Source: Fidelibacterota bacterium (GTDB taxonomy: Bacteria > Fidelibacterota > UBA8477 > JABMPR01). Taken from it: DNA of 64,000 bases. The stretch spans positions 52,490-116,489 of the forward strand of contig JADHVL010000002.1 in the NCBI GenBank assembly GCA_016784025.1. The letters are read 5' to 3'. Made by a program: the position numbers and the translations under genes. Shown in pieces: positions 56,523-64,000 of this stretch (its first letter is position 1; the number at the start of each line of letters is the position of its first letter). The notes under the pieces were generated by a model. It ran no database searches. It saw only the letters and a list, made by a program, of their open reading frames with translations, and was not told where the DNA came from.

Positions 56523-57692
56523 TTAGAAGCCCATTAAACCGCAACAGCGACTGCATTGAGGTAGTGTGCCACCCTCCTTATTTAGAAGGGTTCTGAATTC
56601 ACGGAAACGGTCATTGTTCCATAATTCAAGTAAGGGGGTTTCCTGAATATTACCCACTTTGACATCGATATAATCACGACAGGTCACAACATCTCCATTG
56701 GGCATGATATCTATCATCATGTAGGGGGCAACACAGGGTCCGAAGCCCAGGAAATCCTCGGGCTGTTCATAGTAGGGTACGATTTTTTCGGTATCCATAA
56801 AGGGTACTGGAAACCAGCCAAAAGGATACTTCTTCTTTGATATCTTTTCAATGGTCTGTTTTACATGCTCAGCCTTGATAGTGGTATTTTGACCGATATA
56901 GGATTTCCAGGTTTCTGCATCTACACCCATTTCTCTCTTTAGGATATCGGCGTGCTGTTCACCAATCTCCTGGGTTGTGAACCAGGATAGATACAGGATA
57001 AGACCATCAGGACCCAGATCGGCAACTGTATCAAACATACTCTCGAGATGATCCTGATTGGTATCCGATACTGTTGCAGAGATCAAGAAATAGGGATCAG
57101 GTTTTTTCCCGCGCTCTTCAAGCAGCAATTTGATGCCTCTGGAAGTCTTTTTGAATGTCCCTGGGACTCCTCTGGCCTGATCATGAATATCCTCAGGACC
57201 ATCCAGAGAACAGGTCAGCATATCCCATTTTTGTTCCACTATTTGCTTGGCATTGCGCTCCAGGGCTGCACCATTTGTGATGACGTACACATAACAACCT
57301 TTTTCTTTGATATAGGCTGTCAGTTTAAACAGATCCTTGTAGAGCAGGGCCTCACCGCCGGTTATATAGAAAATGGGCTTATAGTGAGCAGTCTCGTCGA
57401 CTATTTTTTTATAGTCTTCAAAGGTCAATTCTGAAAGCAGGTGATCACCGGCTCCTTCATTCATATAACCATTGTCACCAAACTGACCACAGATAGCACA
57501 ACGTTGATTACAGCGATTGGTAATTCGTAGACTGATTTGATAAGGAGGACGTCTGGCGACTCCCAGCCCTGCTTTTAGATCACCATTAACATGAAGATGC
57601 TTACGCCAGGCGGCACGGGTGACAACGGGTAAATATTTTAATCTGGGGGCGAGTGCTTTGGCAAACATACCAACAGGGAGACGACTTAACAT
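56523..57692 (-). CDS. Radical SAM enzyme with C-terminal SPASM-like Cys cluster
   Basis: CNQRCAICG is the CxxxCxxC radical-SAM motif; the C-terminal CRDY...CSRCCGL Cys cluster fits a SPASM/twitch domain. Confidence 0.7.
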   Translation of the reverse strand: MLSRLPVGMFAKALAPRLKYLPVVTRAAWRKHLHVNGDLKAGLGVARRPPYQISLRITNRCNQRCAICGQFGDNGYMNEGAGDHLLSELTFEDYKKIVDETAHYKPIFYITGGEALLYKDLFKLTAYIKEKGCYVYVITNGAALERNAKQIVEQKWDMLTCSLDGPEDIHDQARGVPGTFKKTSRGIKLLLEERGKKPDPYFLISATVSDTNQDHLESMFDTVADLGPDGLILYLSWFTTQEIGEQHADILKREMGVDAETWKSYIGQNTTIKAEHVKQTIEKISKKKYPFGWFPVPFMDTEKIVPYYEQPEDFLGFGPCVAPYMMIDIMPNGDVVTCRDYIDVKVGNIQETPLLELWNNDRFREFRTLLNKEGGTLPQCSRCCGLMGF

Positions 57693-57934
57693 ATAATGAT
57701 TCCTAATCTATGACAATTCCGATTCTCTACAGGAGCCTCCTATATTAGTCTTTATCGCAAATAATCAGATAGTGAGTTTCATCTTTTTTTGATCAAATCA
57801 AATATAGCAATTGGCTGCCATCAATAATTGCCAAGATTTCTTTCTAATTCTCCTTGAATAATACTAGATTACAGACCGGCTCAAAAAAGAAACCGACTAG
57901 AATTGATCATATCTATGTACTTGAGAATAAGACT

Positions 57935-59587
57935 ATGACATATAACTCCTTTTCCCTCTCTGGAAACATTGTTGATGTATTAAATCAACGCATTTTCCCT
58001 GGAACCATTCATGTTGAAAACGGCAGAATCAAGTCTGTCGTTGAAGAATCTGTTTCAGAAACGCACTGCATACTTCCAGGACTCATCGATGCCCATATTC
58101 ACATTGAAAGTTCCATGCTGGTTCCCACAGAATTCGCCCGAGCTGCAGTTAATCACGGGACAGTTGCCACTGTTTCTGATCCTCATGAAATAGCCAATGT
58201 TCTGGGCATGCGCGGCGTAGAATTTATGCTTGAAAATGCAGAGCAAACCCCTTTTAAGTTCCACTTCAGTGCGCCTTCCTGCGTCCCCGCCACACCCTTT
58301 GAAACAGCAGGTGCAGAACTGTCCGCTCCTGAAATAGAATCTCTATTGCAGCGACCAGATATTGTCAGTCTATCAGAAATGATGAATGTTCCAGGTGTTT
58401 TGAATGACGCTGAGGACGTGAACGAAAAATTGAGACTCGCCCGAGTTGCTGGAAAAGTTGTTGATGGTCATGCACCCGGATTACGGGGTGAAGCAGTTAA
58501 GAAGTATGTTGAAGCAGGCATTACCACAGATCATGAATGCTTTAGTCTGGAAGAGGCTCTGGAAAAATTATCTCTAGGTATGCGCGTACAAATCCGCGAA
58601 GGATCTGCCGCTCGCAATCTGAATGATTTGATGTCTCTCCTCAATGAGCATTTTAAAGAATGTATGCTGTGCAGCGATGACAAACATCCCGACGATCTGG
58701 CAGAAGGTCATATCAATCTCATGGTTAAAAGAGCCATCGCGGCAGGAATTGATCCACTCAAGGTTTTATGGAGCGCTTCGGTTACACCAGTAAAAACCTA
58801 TGGACTTAATGTCGGACTGTTACAAACCAATGACCCTGCTGATCTGATGATCGTTGATAATCTGACAGATTTTAATGTTCTGCGAACCTATATAACGGGG
58901 AATCTTGTAGCTGAGCAAGGCACCACAAAGCTTGAATCTCTACCCGTTCTGGCAGTGAATCGCTTTGAAGCGGAACTTCAAAATCCTGATGCTTTTAAAA
59001 TCAAAACAAATCTATCTGAAGTACCGGTGATTGAAGTTATTGATGGACAGCTCGTAACAAAAAAACACCTGTGGCATCCGGACCTGGATTCAGAAGGATT
59101 TATCAAGACGAATACGGATCAGGACATATTGAAAATTGCTGTTTTGAATAGATACTCTCTCTCCAAACCCGCAGTAGCCTTGATTAAAAATTTTGGTCTG
59201 AAAGAAGGAGCTATTGCTTCATCTGTTGCCCACGATTCACACAATATTGTTGCTGTAGGCACCTCGGATGAAAGTCTGGCAAGAGCCATTAACCTCATCA
59301 TTGAGAACAATGGTGGAGTTTTGGCAGTCAACAGTAAAGGTGATCACGTTTTACCACTACCCGTAGCTGGGATTATGAGTGATGATGATGCCTTTAAGGT
59401 TGGCAAAAGATATGGCGAGATGGATGATATAGCTAAAGAGATGGGCTCACAACTCAGTGCACCGTATATGACCCTGTCATTTATGGCACTATTGGTAATT
59501 CCCGATATCAAACTTAGTGATAAGGGACTATTTGATGGTAAAACATTCCAATTCATAGATGCCTTTGAAACTGCTGGGGCATTATAG
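57935..59587 (+). CDS. ade: Adenine deaminase
   Basis: GLIDAHIHIESSML matches the adenine deaminase metal-binding motif (B. subtilis AdeC GFIDGHVHIESSML). About 550 aa; the Met at 57935 is preferred over the track start at 57854. Confidence 0.8.
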   Translation: MTYNSFSLSGNIVDVLNQRIFPGTIHVENGRIKSVVEESVSETHCILPGLIDAHIHIESSMLVPTEFARAAVNHGTVATVSDPHEIANVLGMRGVEFMLENAEQTPFKFHFSAPSCVPATPFETAGAELSAPEIESLLQRPDIVSLSEMMNVPGVLNDAEDVNEKLRLARVAGKVVDGHAPGLRGEAVKKYVEAGITTDHECFSLEEALEKLSLGMRVQIREGSAARNLNDLMSLLNEHFKECMLCSDDKHPDDLAEGHINLMVKRAIAAGIDPLKVLWSASVTPVKTYGLNVGLLQTNDPADLMIVDNLTDFNVLRTYITGNLVAEQGTTKLESLPVLAVNRFEAELQNPDAFKIKTNLSEVPVIEVIDGQLVTKKHLWHPDLDSEGFIKTNTDQDILKIAVLNRYSLSKPAVALIKNFGLKEGAIASSVAHDSHNIVAVGTSDESLARAINLIIENNGGVLAVNSKGDHVLPLPVAGIMSDDDAFKVGKRYGEMDDIAKEMGSQLSAPYMTLSFMALLVIPDIKLSDKGLFDGKTFQFIDAFETAGAL

Positions 59588-59593
59588 ACTAAG

Positions 59594-61858
59594 ATGCCAC
59601 TATCTACTCAAGTGATTGGTACAAGACTTAAACGGGTTGATGCTCGTGGCAAAACCACGGGTGAAACCAAGTTTCTTACTGATATCAAAGTAGATAATAT
59701 GCTCCATGGAGCTCCGGTATTCTCTCAGGTAGCCTTTGGGAAGCTCCTGGGGATAGATACTCGGGTGGCAGAAAATGACCCCGATTATATCGCATTCTTC
59801 TCAGCCAAGGATATTCCCGGAGAAAATCAAGTCGGTGTCATTCTGGAAGATCAACCACTCATAGCTAGTGATGTGGTTCGCTATGTTGGCGACAGTGTGG
59901 GTATTCTCATTGCTAAAACAGCGGAATCAGCTCAGCGTCTTTCTAGGTTAGTTCTCGTAAATATCGAGCCCTCCCACCCCATCTTCTCCATCAATGATAG
60001 CCGGGATGCTGCGGATAATTTTATCCACGAAACCAATCTTGCTTGTGAGCATCAAGTAAAACGGGGAGACCTTGATAGCGCATTTAAAGAAGCGGATCAC
60101 ATTATCGATGGCCATTTTGAGACCCCCTTCCAGGAACACTATTATCTTGAGCCACAAGCTTGCATTGCTCAAGTGACCCCTGAGGGTGGAATTGAGATTC
60201 TAGGATCCATTCAGTGTCCCTTCTATGTTCAAAAAGCGGTTTCCAAAGCCCTGGCTATTCCCTTTTCCAAGATACGAGTGGAACAAGCAACCACAGGAGG
60301 GGCCTTCGGAGGCAAGGAGGATATTCCCTCAGAAACCTGCACTCGTGCAGCTCTGGCAGCTCTGATTCTCAAACGACCCATTAAAATGGTATACGATCGA
60401 ACTACTGATGTTCAACTCACCAGTAAGCGCCACCCTTTTCAAATGCACTACAAAGTTGGGGTATCTGAGTCAGGAAAACTGCTTGCTGCTGAAATTCTCC
60501 TCGAGGAAAATGCTGGAGCTTATGCCACACTATCATCCGTGGTCTCATATCGTTCAGCCATGCAGGCCATGGGACCGTATGTCATCGATAACATCTCAGT
60601 CGAGTCTAAATCCTATTATACCAATCTACCTCCTACAGGAGCTTTCCGTGGATTCGGATCGCCTCAGGCAGCCTTTGGTCACGAACGGATGATGGATGTC
60701 ATTGCAGCAGAACTGGATATGGATCCAATAGAGTTACGTTTGCAAAATATCTTGAAAGTCGACACTTCAACACTTACAGGTCATCATCTAAAAAGCAGTG
60801 TTGGGGCGGAAGAAACCCTGGTAACAGCGGCCAGTGCCTGTGACTGGAAAAAGCGTGATTCAAACCAAGATGCTCGCTGGAAAACTGGATATGGGATTTC
60901 TCTGATTCACTATGGGAATTGTCTCGGTGCAGCAGGATGGTTCATGGATGGCAGTGGTGTCAGGATCAAGCTCCACCGAGATGGTTCCATTTCAGTCGCC
61001 TTTGGTCTCATCGAGATGGGTCAGGGCGCACTTACCGTCGTCCAGCAAATGACAGCGGAGGCCCTGGGTGTAGAACCTGCAAGAATCACTGTACTGCCCA
61101 CAGATACAGATCAGGTACCTGATAGTGGTCCTTCAGTTGCCAGCCGGAATGTGGTCATGACGGGAAATGCCATTCGAAACGCAGCCAGTAAATTATTACC
61201 TGTGTTAAAGGAAGCCGCCGCCGAACTCATGCAATGTGACCTGAAAGAAATAAATATTGAACGGGGTGAAGTAAGTAATATTCGGAATAGCGAAACACTA
61301 AGTTTTACAGAACTCAGCAATTATCTCTACTTGTCCAACCGACCTATGGATGTGTTGGGCTGGTGGCATGTTCCGGAGCTTGATTATGATGCAGCAAACG
61401 GAGTTGGTGAAGCCTATTTCACCTATTCCTATGCTACTCATATCGCACGAGTCAAAGTAGACACCCTCACAGGTCAAGTGAAGGTGGATAAAATATGGGC
61501 GTCACATGATGTGGGAAGAGCAATTAATCCTGCTGGTTTGGAAGCTCAAATTGAGGGGGGTACTGTCCAGGGGATTGGCTGGGCACTCACAGAGGATTTC
61601 AAATTTGAGGGGGGTAAAGTCTTAACCGACAATCTCACAACCTATCTATTACCAACAGCCCTGGATGTGGGTGAAATCGAATCAATTCTGGTGGAAGATC
61701 CTGAACCTGAGGGTCCCTGGGGTGCTAAAGGTATCGGAGAGCCTGCCATCATTCCAACTGCAGCTGCTATAGCTAATGCAGTGAGTAATGCCCTAGGAAA
61801 ATCAGTTACTCACATTCCAATAAAACCGGATTACATTTTAGAAATGGCAGGTGATTGA
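59594..61858 (+). CDS. Xanthine dehydrogenase / aldehyde oxidase family molybdopterin-binding subunit
   Basis: a/b-hammerhead N-domain and MoCo-binding domains (GGAFGGKED, active-site Glu region near GIGEPA). Confidence 0.85.
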   Translation: MPLSTQVIGTRLKRVDARGKTTGETKFLTDIKVDNMLHGAPVFSQVAFGKLLGIDTRVAENDPDYIAFFSAKDIPGENQVGVILEDQPLIASDVVRYVGDSVGILIAKTAESAQRLSRLVLVNIEPSHPIFSINDSRDAADNFIHETNLACEHQVKRGDLDSAFKEADHIIDGHFETPFQEHYYLEPQACIAQVTPEGGIEILGSIQCPFYVQKAVSKALAIPFSKIRVEQATTGGAFGGKEDIPSETCTRAALAALILKRPIKMVYDRTTDVQLTSKRHPFQMHYKVGVSESGKLLAAEILLEENAGAYATLSSVVSYRSAMQAMGPYVIDNISVESKSYYTNLPPTGAFRGFGSPQAAFGHERMMDVIAAELDMDPIELRLQNILKVDTSTLTGHHLKSSVGAEETLVTAASACDWKKRDSNQDARWKTGYGISLIHYGNCLGAAGWFMDGSGVRIKLHRDGSISVAFGLIEMGQGALTVVQQMTAEALGVEPARITVLPTDTDQVPDSGPSVASRNVVMTGNAIRNAASKLLPVLKEAAAELMQCDLKEINIERGEVSNIRNSETLSFTELSNYLYLSNRPMDVLGWWHVPELDYDAANGVGEAYFTYSYATHIARVKVDTLTGQVKVDKIWASHDVGRAINPAGLEAQIEGGTVQGIGWALTEDFKFEGGKVLTDNLTTYLLPTALDVGEIESILVEDPEPEGPWGAKGIGEPAIIPTAAAIANAVSNALGKSVTHIPIKPDYILEMAGD

Positions 61859-63170
61859 GATGGGACAACTCTTACTACACAATTTGCGAATAATCGATCC
61901 ATTTGGTGAACGAGAGTTTCTGGAGCATGCATCCATTCTCATTGAAGATGAAGTCATCAAATTTATTGGACGCGGTTTCTCACACGTTGGCTTTGAGGGA
62001 CAAATTTTGGACATGGAGGGCAAAACGGTCCTACCAGGAATTATCAATGCCCACACCCATCTTTATTCAACGCTGGCCATGGGAATGCACCCACCTCAGA
62101 AAACACCAAAAAATTTTGTTGAACATCTCGAAGAGGTCTGGTGGAAATTAGATCGTGGTCTGGATAGGGCGTCTATGCTGGCCTCGTTTGAAGCCGGGCT
62201 TATGGATTGCATTCAGAATGGTACCACAACCATCATTGATCATCACGCAAGTCCAAACCTTGTTGAAGGTTCCTTGGATATTCTGGCAGCGGTAGCGAAA
62301 TCCTTTGGAGTAAACATCAGTCTCTGTTTTGAAAGTTCAGACAGAAATGGTGAGGCGAATTTTAAAGATGAGTTAGCAGAAAATATCCGCGCCATAAAGA
62401 AGTATACCTCCAATCCTCACATCTCACCCCGCCTTGGGCTGCATGCTTCTTTTACACTTTCAGATGAATCATTAGAGAGTGTGAGCAAAGCTCTGAAGGA
62501 CTTCCCTGATTGTGGTATTCATATCCATGTTGCTGAGGACCTTGCTGATGAAAAGGATGCCCAGGCCAGAGGGTATCGTTCAGTGATTCAGCGGTTGGAT
62601 GATTTCAACCTACTCTCCAATCAGTCTCTGATTATTCATGGTATTTTTATGACCCGCGAAGATCGCCATATCCTGCTAAAACATGGTTGCAAACTTGTTC
62701 ACAATCCGACTTCAAATGCCAATAATCAGGTGGGTGTGCTGGAGACCGAAATTATCGAATCCATGGGACCAGGATTAGGGACTGATGGCATGCAGAACAA
62801 CATGCTGAAGGAAGCCAAAGAAGGTACGCTGGTGCGGGGGGCTACTGAAAGTCCACGCGTTGACTATCTGGAGCTCCTGTTTCAGAACAACCCAGATATT
62901 GCCGTAAAAATATTCGGAAAATTAATCGGGCACATTGAGGAAGAAGCCCAGGCTGACCTGGTATTCTATGATTATGAGCCTCGAACAGAGTTGAATGCTG
63001 ACAATTATAGCTCCCATCTGCTCTTTGGACTGGGAAAACCCTCAGATGTCATGACTCGGGGAAGATTTCGTCTACGAAGCAAAAAACTGGTAGGCATGGA
63101 TGAATCCCAAATTCGTGAAAACTCCCGCAAACAAAGCAAGCGTCTCTGGTCAGCCATGAAGGCACTATAA
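61851..63170 (+). CDS. ssnA: SsnA-family aminohydrolase (amidohydrolase superfamily)
   Basis: Strong similarity to E. coli SsnA as recalled: VWWKLDRGLD vs LWWRLDRALD, IIDHHASP vs VIDHHASP, and LGTDG. 8-nt overlap with the preceding gene. Confidence 0.75.
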   Translation: MIEMGQLLLHNLRIIDPFGEREFLEHASILIEDEVIKFIGRGFSHVGFEGQILDMEGKTVLPGIINAHTHLYSTLAMGMHPPQKTPKNFVEHLEEVWWKLDRGLDRASMLASFEAGLMDCIQNGTTTIIDHHASPNLVEGSLDILAAVAKSFGVNISLCFESSDRNGEANFKDELAENIRAIKKYTSNPHISPRLGLHASFTLSDESLESVSKALKDFPDCGIHIHVAEDLADEKDAQARGYRSVIQRLDDFNLLSNQSLIIHGIFMTREDRHILLKHGCKLVHNPTSNANNQVGVLETEIIESMGPGLGTDGMQNNMLKEAKEGTLVRGATESPRVDYLELLFQNNPDIAVKIFGKLIGHIEEEAQADLVFYDYEPRTELNADNYSSHLLFGLGKPSDVMTRGRFRLRSKKLVGMDESQIRENSRKQSKRLWSAMKAL

Positions 63171-63205
63171 GTGCAAAGTGAATGTAATAACAAGAAAGCA
63201 ACCAT

Positions 63206-64000
63206 ATGAACATTGATTTCCAACAGATACTCAACCAGGCCGAAAAATATCGTCCGGAGATTTCCAGGTTTTTGCGAGATATGATTGCCATCCCTAGCGA
63301 AAGTACCCAGGAAGAACTTGCCATCTTGCGTATCAAAGAGGAGATGGAAAAAGTTGGTTTTGATAAGATAGAGATTGATGAGATGGGTAATATTTATGGT
63401 ACCATTGGCCATGGCTCTCATGTCATCGCCATGGATGCTCACATCGATACAGTGGGTGTTGGCAACCTTGAAAACTGGAATGTAGATCCCTACGAGGGCT
63501 TTGAAGATGATGAAATCATCATGGGGCGGGGAGCTTCAGACCAGGAAGGTGGCATGGCCAGCATGGTCTATGCTGGAAAAATTATCAAAGATCTTGGACT
63601 GGAAGCTGACTATACATTAGTGGTTACTGGAACGGTTCAGGAAGAGGATTGTGATGGCCTGTGTTGGCAGTACATCATGGATAATAAGAAGATTCAACCT
63701 GAATTTGTGGTGAGCACTGAGCCCACCTCCTGCAGAATTTATCGAGGTCAACGTGGGCGTATGGAAATCAAGGTTACCACCTCTGGGATCAGCGCCCATG
63801 GGTCAGCACCAGAACGAGGTGACAATGCCATTTACAAGATGGCACCTATTCTCCTGGAACTTCAAGAATTAAATACTCGCCTGGCAGACCATGATTTTCT
63901 AGGCAGGGGTTCCCTCACCGTATCTGAAGTATTCTTCACATCACCTTCACGATGTGCTGTTGCTGATGGTTGCTCAATTTCTGTAGATAGACGTCTCACT
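63206..64000 (+). CDS. ygeY: YgeY-family M20 peptidase / metallo-hydrolase, truncated by the window end
   Basis: Very high similarity to E. coli YgeY as recalled ([74 protein letters not shown]). Confidence 0.8.
   Translation, partial: MNIDFQQILNQAEKYRPEISRFLRDMIAIPSESTQEELAILRIKEEMEKVGFDKIEIDEMGNIYGTIGHGSHVIAMDAHIDTVGVGNLENWNVDPYEGFEDDEIIMGRGASDQEGGMASMVYAGKIIKDLGLEADYTLVVTGTVQEEDCDGLCWQYIMDNKKIQPEFVVSTEPTSCRIYRGQRGRMEIKVTTSGISAHGSAPERGDNAIYKMAPILLELQELNTRLADHDFLGRGSLTVSEVFFTSPSRCAVADGCSISVDRRLT

Noticed and set aside
57693-57940. Possible purine riboswitch upstream of adenine deaminase (a GACTATG heptamer overlaps the start codon)
   Set aside because: The conserved J2/3 UUUCUACC and CCGUAAAU elements and the P2/P3 helices are not present. 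The heptamer match is probably coincidental.
1-64000. CRISPR arrays, tRNA/rRNA genes, transposases, integrases, phage genes
   Set aside because: Scanned intergenic regions and ORF translations. No regularly spaced repeat arrays, no tRNA-like cloverleaf hallmarks (GTTCGA/TTCRANYC T-loop context), and no DDE or tyrosine-recombinase motifs were found.

Overview
This is a gene-dense chromosomal window from what looks like a marine FCB-group bacterium (it carries a T9SS C-terminal sorting domain and few Shine-Dalgarno sites). I can support about 65 CDS, and I see no rRNA, tRNA, CRISPR array, transposase or integrase. The main points are these.

- **1-8.9 kb:** an unusual glycoconjugate locus that couples CDP-ribitol synthesis to a nonulosonic-acid pathway. 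It holds a Bcs1-like fused cytidylyltransferase/SDR, a TagF-like phosphotransferase, a LicD/fukutin-fold protein, NeuA, NeuB, a KdsC-type phosphatase, a Cst-like GT42-fold transferase and a GT30 Kdo-transferase homolog.
- **25.7-28.1 kb:** an intact RadC (JAMM) gene followed by a tandem RadC paralog that has lost the catalytic motif and gained a lipoprotein signal, then a diheme cytochrome c.
- **57.9-64.0 kb:** a purine-catabolic selenium-dependent-molybdenum-hydroxylase type cluster (adenine deaminase, XDH Mo subunit, SsnA, YgeY), cut off by the window end.
- **Elsewhere:** two tandem DEAD-box RNA helicases, PEP carboxylase, CTP synthase, PntAA/AB/B transhydrogenase, a LytS/LytTR two-component pair, a 1081-aa lamin-tail-domain T9SS cargo protein, an orphan radical-SAM/SPASM enzyme, a Rieske-GltS fusion inside a redox-stress gene group, and a tandem triple-hairpin repeat near 45.1 kb.

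All calls rest on motif recognition in the supplied translations and DNA. No database searches were run.
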